Source: Octopus vulgaris (taxonomy: Eukaryota). Taken from it: a DNA stretch of 64,000 nucleotides. The notes below the pieces were generated by a model. It saw nothing but the letters and a program-made list of their open reading frames with translations, was not told the origin of the DNA and did not search any database. How positions within the stretch are numbered: the first letter of the stretch is position 1; each line of letters opens with the position of its first letter. The DNA lies in the NCBI GenBank assembly GCA_951406725.2, contig OX597824.1, forward strand, positions 9,982,001-10,046,000. The letters run 5' to 3'. Positions 26,684 through 37,899 of this stretch are shown here, one piece after another. Position numbers and translations under genes: made by a program.

Positions 26684-27135
26684 TGGAAAAGGATATCGAG
26701 TTCTTTATGTTCATTTGATTTGGGGGCCGAACCATAAGATGTCGAAGGAACCTCGTCCGTGTGATTTCTTTCGGTGAAGTCGTCTTTCGTTTTGTTGTTG
26801 AAATAGGATTTCCAATGCTTTTTATTTGGAGGAAATTTTCGTTTCCTTCCTTTCGAGAAGTATTTACACGACATTTCAGGATCTATCGATGGACTGTTCT
26901 TCGGTTTCTTACTGAGCTTACTGCCAAACTTCTGTGAATGTATAGCAGGGGTGACTTGTGTGCTTGCCGTGTCGTTATGCGGAGTGGATTTGGAAGTTGA
27001 GGGACTTGGCGAGAAAGTAGAGGCACGCTGGCCAGAAGAAGCATTGTCATAACTTACTGACATGGTCGCAGAAGAAGGATATTCATTTTCCTTTTTCCCC
27101 CACTTTCCCTTTTTCCTTCCTCGAAAATCAGTCAT
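26684..27135 (-). CDS. DCAF4: DCAF4 (WDR21) coding exon 1, Lys/Ser-rich N-terminal region
   Basis: ATG at 27135, open frame MTDFRGRKKGKW...ELDILF. Donor CA|GTATG (phase 2) joins in frame to the acceptor at 24020. Confidence 0.7.
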
Positions 27136-27139
27136 ATTC

Positions 27140-27537
27140 AAAACACCAATATATAATTAAACTTTACCCAAGTTTTAATTATATTGATGTCTTGCTGAAA
27201 AAAAAAGCGTCCCCCATTATCCGAGGCTTTCACTTTTCTTCTTTTCCAAACTAAAGAGCTTCGCAACACCGGAAGAATTAATCCGTTTCCTTTTCAATAA
27301 AATATGTCCTAAATTATTTCCTTTATATTTAATCCATCCACTTGCTATTAATCCACATGCAGCACTTTACACTTTTATTCACTAACTATTTGTGTATATT
27401 TACACACATATATATATGTGTGTAAATAAATATATGTCTTTATAATAAAACTTTCAATCGAATATTTATGGGATACTAATTTTGCATTACACCGGTTGAC
27501 AACACGCGTGTCGCTAACATCCAAATATTAAGTAAGT
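27140..27537. promoter_or_regulatory. Putative bidirectional promoter DCAF4/RRP15 with a possible non-coding RRP15 exon 1
   Basis: Divergent genes. ETS-type CCGGAAG at 27269, CpG palindrome ACACGCGTGT at 27502, plus-strand donor GTAAGT at 27532. The first coding exon of RRP15 begins at an acceptor, so an upstream exon is required. Confidence 0.5.
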
Positions 27538-28031
27538 TAATTTACTTCAAAATTTTCCAATTAAATGTTTATTTGTAATTAATTCTTACTTTCTTCATTT
27601 TCGATGATTAGATCAATAATATTTTAATGGTCTTATATATTTTTATTTGCATTGAAAAAGTAATTGAATCGTAAATCGGAGAGATTTTATGGTTTTCTGT
27701 AATATCTGATTCTAACATTTGTGTAAATATTGCTGTGTTTTTAAATAACTATACATCTTATGATTGTATTATGATTTAGAATTCTCTGGAGAAAGGTCAG
27801 GCTCATCGATTATATTTGTAATCACTATTTGTTGCTTTATGAAAATGTTTTGCGACATCAGGAAGAACATATCGCACATGTTAAGACAACTCATACTAAG
27901 CTAATGTGTATGCCTTTACTCAGTTACTCGATCTGCTAGAAATAGAAGCTAAATATCTCACAGCTACACCCTACCGATTTAATGCAGGCAGTACACAGTT
28001 TTAGATGTACCGTGTTTGAAAAAAAAAGTTT

Positions 28032-28443
28032 GGATCTTTTCGGTTTGAACGGCAGTTTTTAACATAATTCCTAGGTAACTAATAAATTTTAAACTTCGTA
28101 TACTGGTAGAATGTGTTTATAAAACATCTTTTTCTCTTGGCTTTATTGAGAAAATTCTATAGTTTGTTAGATATTTGTTGGTTTTTTTTTCTTCAATTTC
28201 TGCAATTTCAACAAATCAATGACGTCTATTGAGGTGAAAACAGTCTGTGCCGTATGAATATGTCCCTCGTTTAAGAAACAGATTGGGTTTATTTACATTT
28301 TTGAAGAAAAAAAAGATACCCTTCCCCCACCCCTAACCCTAAAAGAGATTGAAATGCAATAGATCGATACTAGGGTCATAATTATGGGTGACAATTTCAT
28401 ATGACACTGCAAGAAAAAACTGCCGTTCAAACCGAAAAGATCC
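28032..28443. mobile_element. MITE of the same family as 4421-5137
   Basis: Same TIRs and body. 8-bp flanks AAAAGTTT/ATAAGTTT. Confidence 0.8.
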
Positions 28444-28823
28444 ATAAGTTTAGGCATTCTTTCGATATAACTCGACAAAATCAAGACATTTCACTCCGGG
28501 TATTTCCATGGGTTGCGGAGTAAAGATATAACGAAATTATGCCAGCAATGTCTCATTTTAAACTTGAAGAAAAAAAGCCTTGCATATTTGTTCTTCCCTG
28601 CTTCAGGTGTTTATGTAAAATCCGCAAATTTCCAAGCAGAAAACAGAATCGAACTGTCATTTGCTTCCACGGAAATACCCAAAGTGAAGTGTTTTGATTT
28701 TGTCCAAGTTATATCGAAAGAATGCCAAAGTTTATTACGACTGGAAAATTAATCATAGGTTTGATCAAGACCACCATGGAGCTTCACAGCAAATACATAC
28801 ATACAAATATATACATATAGGCA

Positions 28824-29200
28824 CAGGAGTGGGTGTGTGGTATGTAGCTTGCTAACCAACCACATGGTTCCGGGTTCAGTCCCACTGCGAGGCATCTTGG
28901 GCAAGTGTCTTCTGCTATAGCCCCGGGGCCGACCAATGCCTTGTGAGTGGATTTGGTAGACGGAAACTGAAAGAAGCCTGTCGTATACATGTATGTGTGT
29001 TTGTGTGTCTGTTTGTCCCCCTAGCATTGCTTGACAACCGATGCTGGTGTGTTTACGTCCCCGTCACTTAGCGGTTTTGGCAAAAGAGACCGATATAATA
29101 AGTACTGGGCTTACCAAGAATAAGTCCCGGGGTCGATTTGCTCGACTAAAGGCGGTGCTCCAGCATGGCCGCAGTCAAATGACTGAAACAAGTAAAAGAG
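28824..29200 (+). mobile_element. tRNA-derived CORE-like SINE family 2 with internal (TA/TG)n; many other copies (e.g. 405-860 minus, 7780-8128, 18035-18430, 37045-37420, 44860-45243, 57930-58325)
   Basis: GGAGTGGCTGTGTGGTAAG-type head, CCTTGGGCAAGT CORE-like motif, GACTGAAACAAGTAAAAGA tail. Confidence 0.85.
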
Positions 29201-29662
29201 TATACCATTTATGTGTGTATGGAAAGAGAGATTGCAATGGTTCAATAGATCTTATATATATTAACTGAAGGTGGTCAGAATCTAGATAAATACTATTTGT
29301 AGAGTAAATAGTATTCATCCAAATTCTGACTACATTCCTTATAACTTGCAATAGTAAGGACCTAAAGAGGCCCCTTTAACTGAAGTAAGATAGTAGAGAC
29401 GGGGTGTAATGATTTTAGGTTGGATGGTGGGAGTTGGTAAAGTGTAAAGAAAAGAACAGATTGATAGGTGTGAGTGGGTGGTAGAGGATAGTGTAACAAA
29501 GTGGACACTATTGGGGGGAGAGATAGATGGGACGGAAAACAGAGAAGGGATTAGTGGGAAAGTTGGGGATAGAGTTAAGGGTGACAGGGAGGGTTGTGTA
29601 TTAGCAAGAACACCAAACTCCAAGAATCTGCATTTGCTCATAAATATATTTGTTTTACAGGA

Positions 29663-29732
29663 ATGGTTAAAAGAAAGCAGACCAAAAGCACAGAAGTGGA
29701 AGCTGACAATAGTGAAGATGAAGTAAAATCTG
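29663..29732 (+). CDS. RRP15: RRP15-like ribosomal RNA processing protein, coding exon 1
   Basis: Acceptor TTTTACAG|GA then ATG, MVKRKQTKSTEVEADNSEDEVKS. Phase-1 donor G|GTATT fits the next exon. Confidence 0.75.
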
Positions 29733-30462
29733 GTATTTACTTTACAATTACTTTTTTGCTAAAAATTAAATAATTTTCTGCATAATTCTTCAGTTTTATG
29801 TATGGGTTGGGTTTAGAAACACAAAAGCTTTGGTAAGATATAGTTGAATGATAAACACTTTTGTAAAAGCATAAACTACATAGAAATTGTCTTTTGTTAG
29901 ATTTAATCTTTTTGGTTGAAAATTTTAAGAATAGTTTAAATTTTCTGTTTTTTCATTTAAAAAAGAAAAAAACACGATTTTCCATGACTTTTGCCAGTAC
30001 CGCCTGACTGGCTCTCATGCCAGGGGGCACGTAAAAGCACCCACTACACTCTCGGAGTAGTTGGTGTTAGGAAGGGCATCCAGCTGTAGAAACTCTGCCA
30101 AGATCGGAGCCTGGTATAGCCATCTAGTTCGCCAGTCCTCAGTCAAATCGTCCAACCCATGCTAGCATGGAAAGCGGACGTTAAACGACACTGATAATGA
30201 TGAATAATTTGACTACCATGTAGTAATATGGTAGTAACATGGATATAAACGCAGAGGAATAATTACAGAAAACTGTTAGAAGTGCAGGCTAGATTCCCAA
30301 CCACATGGCACCTTGAGTGTCTGGGAATGTTATGAACACCACAACTTCTGATATATCCATCCCCTCCCTATAAATACAAAGCTTAGTACCTTTCCAAAAA
30401 AACTAAAAATCTCTATTCATGTTTAGATAAGTAGATACATTCTTTTATTTCTTCCTTGGCAG

Positions 30463-30914
30463 AGATAGAATATGTGTTTAGTGAAAGTGATGGAGAAGAA
30501 GCAAGTGATGAAGATTCTGAAGCTGAAGGGGAGAAAGTTGTAAAAAAGAAAAAGAAGGCATCAAAGGAAAGTTTTGATGAGGAATCTGCTTCAAACGAAG
30601 AGGAAATTTCTCCAAGTAAAAAGAAGAAGAAGACAAAAACAAAGAAAACTGTTTCCAAAACACAAAAGGATGCGGATGGTGGTGGTGGTGAGGAGGAGGA
30701 GGATGATGATGAAATTGTTGGTTTTGCAGATGCTATTTCAAGAATTTTAGAAAGGACTCAGATTCCTGTTGGCAAGAAACATACAATTCTTGCTAAAGGT
30801 AAAACAGACAAAGAAATTCAGAAACATAAACTCGAAAGATTGTTGGAAACAAATCCAGAAGCAGTCAAAGAGGAAATTCCAGATTCTAAGGATCATAGAG
30901 AAAAACTGAAAGAG
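30463..30914 (+). CDS. RRP15: RRP15 coding exon 2
   Basis: Acidic/Lys-rich region followed by GFADAISRIL...HTILAK (Rrp15p family GWADAMAKIL...TILVK). Donor GAG|GTTTGT. Confidence 0.88.
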
Positions 30915-31194
30915 GTTTGTCATGCGATTTTTATTTTCTTGTTTTTTTTTTTTTATTTATCTTCTTTCTTGTCGTGATTCCATATATAATTGAGTAAGAT
31001 ATTTATTAGATATATGTAGCTCTGCCTTAAGAAGTTTGCTTCCCAACCATGTGGTATCAGGTTCCGTCCTCCTGAACAAGTGTCTTCTGCTACAGCCCTG
31101 GGCCCATCAAAGCCTTGTGAGTGAATTTGGTTGATGGAAACTGTAAGGAACCTGTTGGATATATGTAAAAATATACTTGTGCGTTTGTGTATAC

Positions 31195-32220
31195 CAGTGT
31201 TTCTCAACCTGTTTACCCTTGCATAACCCTTAAAATAAATTACATGTCTCAAGGAACCCCTGCACAAAAAAATTATGTCATATTTTTTCATCATAGTTCA
31301 TGTGGTTGATATCATGGATATATATATATTTACCTGCAGGCATACCTCACTCTACGTCATTAATTGATTCCAGGAGACACAACTTAAGTCAAATTAACTT
31401 GTCTCTAGGTTAAACTGACAATAACCATTCCCAGTTCTGTACTTTATTTATAGTGGAGGCGCAGTGGGCCAGTGGTTAGGGCAGCGGACTCGCGGTCATA
31501 GGATCGCAGTTTCAATTCCCAGACCGGGCGTTGTGAGTGTTTATTGAGCGAAAACACCTAAAAGCTCCACGAGGCTCCGGCAGGGGATGGTGGTGATCCC
31601 TGCTGTTCTCTTTCACCACAACTTTCTCTCACTCTTACTTCCTGTTTCTGTTGTACCTGTATTTCAAAGGGCCGGCCTTGTCACTCTCTGTGTCACGCTG
31701 AATATCCCCGAGAACTACGTTAAGGGTGCACGTGTCTCTGGAGTGCTCAGCCACTTACACGTTAATTTCACAAGCAGGCTGTTCCGTTGATTCGGATCAA
31801 CCGGAACCCTCATCGTCGTAACCGACGGAGTGCTTCCATACCATACTTTATTTATAAATGCATTTTCAATAATACATGGTTAATAAAAACCATGTGTGCT
31901 AAAATCTTGTCCTTATTATGTACAATCATCAATACAGTTGTCTGGCTCATCACTTTTTCACCTTTTTCATGACGTTTTATCATAGCTAGTTTATCTTCCG
32001 GTATTATAAGCATGATGCTTAGCACTTTCAATATGAATTTTCTTGGGAGCCATGAGAACAAAAAAATAAAGTCACAAATGAATGAGAATAAGAAATTAGC
32101 TGATAAACAGACGTAAACAAATCTGAATTCAAAACAACTGCGGGAATCAGGAGAGGCAACGATGTCTAAGAGTGGATATTGGAACTACAGTGCAATATCA
32201 GCTCTGAAAAACCGATAAAT
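31195..32220. mobile_element. hAT element, left part (right end missing in unit A)
   Basis: TIR CAGTGTTTCTCAACC preceded by GTGTATAC. Confidence 0.7.
31453..31838 (+). mobile_element. tRNA-derived SINE family 3 (copies at 10773, 43664, 46418, 51027, 63026)
   Basis: TGGCCCAGTGGTTAGGGCAGCGGACTCGCGGTC...GGTTTCGATTCC-type tRNA-like head, near-identical bodies. Confidence 0.85.
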
Positions 32221-32301
32221 GGTATTTCTTCTTGGTTTTATTTTTTCTCTTCCCCTTTAATTCATTTTGCTGTTTTTTCTCTTTCTTTTTTTCTTATCCA
32301 G

Positions 32302-32387
32302 AGGAAAATGAAACTTCTTTTAGCCAGAACAAAGCCTAATGTCCTTGAGATAAATAAAGAACGCAAATTGAAAGCAGTAGCTACACA
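32302..32387 (+). CDS. RRP15: RRP15 coding exon 3
   Basis: ATCCAG|RKMKLLLARTKPNVLEINKERKLKAVAT CA|GTAAGT, the Rrp15p KP...ER.L..IAT motif. Confidence 0.88.
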
Positions 32388-33142
32388 GTAAGTTTTGTTT
32401 TTCTCTTTTGTGCTTCATTGTATGCCTGAAGGGGAAAGTTCATAAGTGAACAGTCACAAGCACAGATGTAGTTGTGTGGTTAAGAAGCATGCTTCCCAAC
32501 CATTTGGTCTTGGGTTCAGTCCCACTACATGGCACCTTGGACAAGTGTCTTCTACTTTAGCCTCAGGCTACCCAAAGCTTTGTGAGTGGATCAGGAAGAC
32601 AGAAACTGAAAGAAGCCTGTCATGTATATGTATGTGTGTGTGTATATCGGTGGCACGTAAAAGTAACCAATACACTCTCGGAGTGGTTGGCGTTAGGAAT
32701 GGCATCCAGCTGTAGAAACTCTGCCAGATCAAGACTGGAGTCTGGTGCAGCCATCTGGTTCGCCAGCCCTCAGTCAAATCGTCCAACCCATGCTAGCATG
32801 GAAAGCGGGCGTTAAACGATGATGATATGGTTCTGGGTTCAGTCCCATTGTACAGCATCTTGAGCAAGTGTCTTCTGTCGTCTCGGGATGACCAATGCCT
32901 TGTGAGTAGATTTGGTAGACGGAAACTGAAAGTAGTTTGTTGTGTATATATGTGTGTGAGTGTCTGTGCTTGTCCCTCACCGCCACTTGACAACCATTTC
33001 AGCAAAAGAAACTAATAGTATAAGTACCAGCTTAGACAAAAAAAATGTACTGGTGTCAATTTCTTTGACTAAGTTTCTACAAGTGGTGCCCCAGCATGGC
33101 TGCAGTCTGATGACTGAAAGAAGTAAAAGATAAAGTTATATA

Positions 33143-33182
<40 letters not shown>

Positions 33183-33362
33183 AGTAGTTGAATGAATTAT
33201 CTTGTTATGGATAATTCGGTTAACCGATACATGGGTAGCAAATTCACATCAGAGAAGGCACGTTTGAAGTTACGTGCTTTCATGTGGAAATTTGTATGTT
33301 TTTTTTTAAATATAAATATATGAAAGAATGGAGTTGAACGACGAATTAACAAAATTCCTTTA

Positions 33363-33445
33363 TTTTCGGCATATGTTTCGAAGGCTGCATATTCCTAATT
33401 GCGACGGAATAAGGAGTATATTATGCCGCTTTCTCATCAGGAAAA
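33363..33445 (-). ncRNA. Type I hammerhead ribozyme-like motif (cleavage triplet reads GCC)
   Basis: TTTTC-CTGATGA-[GAAAGCGGCATA...TATGCAGCCTTC]-GAAAC-ATAT-GCC-GAAAA. Confidence 0.6.
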
Positions 33446-33612
33446 GCAAGGAACTTATGTCAACATCAAGATGCACAAAAAAACTTTTAGATGACTGCTC
33501 ACACGGAGCCCATAGGGATAATGAGTGTCTCTTTAAAAAATTCCTTCAATTCTTTCATATATTTGTATATATATATATATAATCAAAATAAGTTACAGGA
33601 TATCAATAGGTG

Positions 33613-33700
33613 ATGCAGTACGACTGTTTCAAGTGGCTCCATTTAATTGAACAGTGCAATCATTACATCAAGTTAAATGCAGGGCTATCTTCAGCTGCAT
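33613..33700 (-). ncRNA. Type I hammerhead ribozyme-like motif
   Basis: ATGCAG-CTGAAGA-[long stem II including CATTTAA/TTAAATG]-GAAAC-AGTC-GTA-CTGCAT. Confidence 0.55.
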
Positions 33701-33811
33701 AAATAAATAGAATTTTTTTAATCAGTTGGACGCATTAATATAAGTTTACTCAAATTTTCTAATAGAGTAAGAAGAGGGAGAAAGTTCAGATGAATGTGGA
33801 AGGCTGTAGAG

Positions 33812-34051
33812 CAGTGATCCTCAACCCCTTAGATTCCTATTTTACTCAGGTGGACCCTTTCAGCCATTCGATGTTTAAAAAATAAACTTATTATATTTTT
33901 ATAATTAACTATTATTAGGAATTTTATAAAAATACTGTGAAAATATTTTACATATTGTAGAAATATAACCAATTTATTGCACATAAATTTTAACAATAAA
34001 ATCTTATATGGGCCCCTAAGGATCATATGGAACCCCACTTGAGAACCACTG
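33812..34051. mobile_element. hAT MITE
   Basis: CAGTGATCCTCAAC...TTGAGAACCACTG, TSD CTGTAGAG/ATGTAGAG. Confidence 0.75.
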
Positions 34052-34292
34052 ATGTAGAGGAAGGAGAAAACCAAAAAGATGTGGTTGGATGTGATGAAAG
34101 AGGTTCTGGGACCAAGGGGTTTTGGGGTAGAGGGATCTAAAGGATAAGATAAAATGGAGAAAGAAGACCATCATAAAGTTCTCAACACTAACTTCTGCTT
34201 TAGCATGGAAAACGGTCTTAAAACGTTTGTTGCTATTGTATTAGTTCTGTTATCCATCATTTTGTCACTTTCTCTCTCTCTTTATATATATA

Positions 34293-34686
34293 CTAGCAGT
34301 ATCGCCCGGCATTGCTCGGGTTTGTTTCGACCCTTTAGAATTGGAATTTTTTAAAAGTAAAAATTTTGCATTATGTAACTTGTTATTCTCTTTAAATGAA
34401 CATTTTTCTGGTTTAAATACACCGGAAAATGGCGATACAACAGTGAAATAATTGTAAAAAATAAGGATTTTCATAGAAAAAGAACAACTTTTTGATGTAA
34501 ATAATTTTTGGTGTTAACATGGTCTGATTTGAATTTTATCTTCTACGGAAGGAAGAGCAAGCCTTCTTCTATCATACTCCCAATTTTGGTCAACTTGCAC
34601 TGCAGGGTCTCGGAGGAGATAGTGTTAGTTGAAGGCTACCAAACATGCCATACACAGACAACTTCAGCTTTATATATATATAGAGA
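34293..34686 (-). mobile_element. Non-autonomous Helitron, unit A only
   Basis: Minus strand has 5' TCTCTATATATATAAAG and 3' hairpin CCCGAGCAATGCCGGG plus CTAG. Inserted in (TA)n and absent at the paralogous site near 48240. Confidence 0.75.
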
Positions 34687-34712
34687 TATATATATTTATT
34701 TATTCTTTTCAG

Positions 34713-34902
34713 GGGTATTGTCCAGCTATTCAATGCTGTACAGGAACAACAGAAACTGAATGAGGAGAACGAAAATACCATAAACACAACTGAGTGGAAA
34801 AAACAGAAAATCTCTGAGAACACAGAGCAGATGTCATTCTTTCACCTGCTTCAAAACATGCCGAAAGTTAATTTGTCATCTCAACCAGACGACACAATTA
34901 AA
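34713..34902 (+). CDS. RRP15: RRP15 coding exon 4
   Basis: TTTCAG|G then GIVQLFNAVQEQQK (family hallmark GVVQLFNAV). Donor AAA|GTAAGT. Confidence 0.9.
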
Positions 34903-35069
34903 GTAAGTAATTCAGTAACTTGGCTCTTAATTGACTACTTCCTCCTACTCATTCCACTGCTTACCGAGACATATGATCTATTAGTAATCCGACCTCCTCC
35001 TCTAGTCATGTTATTTCATGTCTTTTCAAGTCATGTTATCCATTAGTTATGTCTTGTGTTCCTCAATTA

Positions 35070-35582
35070 CCGTAAATCCTCGAGTATAATCCGCAATTTT
35101 TTCCCAAAATTTAAAGGTCAAAATCACTAGTGCTTACTATATACGAGGTTAAAAATGAAAATTATTTTCTAAGCAATGTCCGAGTCTCTATTTGCTGTCC
35201 GGCAATGTTTATTCAGACGCATTTTGTGATGTCAAGCGTGGAAATACCTTAAGCTAAGCCTGAAAGTAATGAAGTCATAAAAGAATCATCCATAACTTGC
35301 AGTAAACAACATTTATTAAACGTTATTACTGTTATTTCTTTTATTTTCTGCAAACAAAATGCATGAAAATGCTACACGTTTGCATTATGTTATATATACA
35401 ATAATAATCAAGGACGTTACCGTATACAGTTTTACAAACCAAGGACGTTATATAGACCTCCTTGACTCAAGTTAGAGAAGGAGTGCGTATTATACACAAG
35501 GTTTAGGTTTTTCAGAGGTACAGCTCCCTAAAAATCCCCTGCATATTATAGTCAAGGGCGGACTATACTCGAAGATTTACAG
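35070..35582. mobile_element. Tc1/mariner-type MITE, unit A only
   Basis: TIRs CCGTAAATCCTCGAGTATA / TATACTCGAAGATTTACAG, TA TSD. Empty site at about 48599 in unit B. Confidence 0.85.
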
Positions 35583-35916
35583 TATATCTTCCATTGGTCA
35601 TTTCTCTTCTCCCTTGTGTTACCCTTTAATTACGTCCTGTTAACCTAGTCATGTTATCATCCATTAGTTATGTCTTTTGTTCATGAGTATTGTCTTGTCC
35701 CCCACTTGTGTTATCCGTTAGTTATGTTATCTGTTTGCCTGTGTGTGTGTATGTATGTATGTATGTGTGTATGTTATTTTAAATAGATTGATTTGGCCCT
35801 ATACAACATAAAGTTTTGTAGACTCACCTGAGCACAAGCTAAATTCTTGTGATGAGCCTGTGGAACTTTAATATGCTTGGAGCTGAATCAAACTATTTTA
35901 CACCAACCACCGCTTT

Positions 35917-36260
35917 CATCATCATCATCATCATTGTTTAACGTCTGCTTTCCATGCTGGCATGGGTTGGACGGTTTGACTGGGGACTGGTGAACCAGAT
36001 GGCTGCACCAGGCTCCAATCTGATCTGGCAGAGTTTCTACTGCTGGATGCCCTTCCTAACACCAACCACTCCGAGAGTGTAGTGGGTGCTTTTACGTGCC
36101 ACCAGCACAAGGGCCAGTCAGGCAGAAAAGGCAACGGCCACGCTCAAATGGTGTTTTTTATGTGTCACCTGCACAGAAGCCAGTCCAGCGGCACTGGCAA
36201 CGCCCTCACTTGAATGTTGTTTTTCACGTACCACCAGCACAAGTGCCAGTAAGGCGATGC
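35917..36260 (-). mobile_element. (CAT)n-tailed repeat sharing the RTE LINE 3' end (other copies at about 16500, 19872, 42195, 48906, 62637, 63260; opposite orientation at about 30000, 32650, 46950)
   Basis: CATCATCGTTTAACGTCCG..CCATGCTAGCATGGG...GGATGCCCTTCCTAACGCCAACC consensus. Confidence 0.8.
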
Positions 36261-36851
36261 TGATAAATGAGAATTGGGTCCTTAGATCCATGAGGCCTAC
36301 AGGCAAATCAATACATTGGGCCCTATAGTAGTTATTTATTGACAGCAAGTCACAGCATACATAGATCAGAATTGGTCCCCTGAACCCTTGAGACTCCCAT
36401 GCAACTGCTCTATCTGCTCATGCCTTAACACTTTGGTATTTAAACTGGCGAAGGCGGCGATCTGGCAGAAACGTTAGCACGCCGGGCGAAATGCTTAGCC
36501 GTATTTCGTATGCCGTTACGTTCTGAGTTCAAATTCCGCCGAGGTCGACTTTGCCTTTCATCCTTTCGGGGTCGATAAATTAAGTACCAGTTACCCACTG
36601 GGGTCGATGTAATCGACTTAATCCGTTTGTCTGTCCTTGTTTGTCCTCTCTGTGTTTAACCCCTTGTGGGTAGTAAAGAAATAGGTATTTAAACTGGCCT
36701 TATCCAACTAAACTATTTTACCTGCTTTATGCTCAAACTGCCCATGTGTTTTGCTGCATTGGTTCTGTCCACCTGTGTTGTTGTGTTGATTGTGTTTGCC
36801 TTGAGTTAATTTACTTGCACAATAAATATTCACCATATCTACCTATTTCAG

Positions 36852-36947
36852 CCTGAACCTGAGAAAAAGATTTGGAATTTTCTGAAAGATGACTTCATAC
36901 TCGACAGCACCAAAATGAAAGATTGGGACAAAAAAGAGAGTGTATAG
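36852..36947 (+). CDS. RRP15: RRP15 last coding exon
   Basis: TTTCAG|PEPEKKIWNFLKDDFILDSTKMKDWDKKESV* (family W..LRDDF....MKDWD). AATAAA at about 36953. CDS total 894 bp. Confidence 0.9.
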   Translation, partial: PEPEKKIWNFLKDDFILDSTKMKDWDKKESV

Positions 36948-37691
36948 TTTTAAATAAATTGTTTAAACAGTATCTTTGTGTCACTTGATGTTTTGAAGTT
37001 TGTATCATCATCACCATCATTCTTGTTATTTCATTATTAAAAGCCAGGAGTGGCTGTGCTAGTAAGTAGCTTGCTTACCAACCACATGGTTCTGGGTTCA
37101 GTCCCACTGCGTGGCACCTTGGGCAAGTGTCTTCTACTATAGCCTCAGGCCAACCAAAGCCTTGTAAGTGGATTTGGTAGACAGAAACTGAAAGAAGCCA
37201 GTCATATGTATATATATGTATATGTTTGTGTGTCTGTGTTTGTCCCCCCAACATCGCTTGACAACTGATGCTGGTATGTTTACGGCCCCATAAGTTAGTG
37301 GTTCAGCAAAAGAGGCCGATAGAATAAGTACTAGGCTTACAAAGAATAAGGCCCAGGGTCAATTTGCTTGACTAAAGGTGGTGCTTCAGCATGGCCACAG
37401 CCAAATGACTGAAACCAAAGAATATAAGCAGTGAGTTGACAGAATTATTAGCACATTCAACAAAACGCCTATCAGCTTTTCTTGACTCATGACATTCTCA
37501 GCTCAATTCCCACCAAGGTCAATTCTGTGAGTCAAAATAAGTACCAGTTGGGTACCGGGTCAATGTAACTCCCCTCTGCTGTCAAAATTTCAAGTGTTGT
37601 GCCTTTATTAGAGCAGGGTACCCTAAAACCAGATGGTGAAGAAACTATTACTACTACTACTGATGACAATAATAATAACAACAAGGATTAA

Positions 37692-37899
37692 CCCTTTAGC
37701 ATTCAGATTATTTTGTCAAATGTAATGGTTATTTATTCTCATTGTTCTGAATAATCATGTATTATCTTGTAGCTTCAAGATTTTGATGACATGGTTGTAT
37801 ATTTTAAGAATATAGGTGTGATAGATGGGATCTGGCTGATTTGAGTGTAAAACAGGTAGAATATTTGGGCCAGATATGGCCAGTTTAAATGCTAAAGGG
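37692..37899. mobile_element. piggyBac-type MITE (related copies at about 49410-49800 and, truncated, about 36430 and 57841)
   Basis: TTAA|CCCTTTAGCATT...AATGCTAAAGGG|TTAA. Confidence 0.75.

Noticed and set aside
31453-31530. tRNA-like sequences here and at 10773, 43664, 51027 and 60943
   Set aside because: They are SINE heads, continuous with SINE bodies, tails and TSDs, not free-standing tRNA genes.
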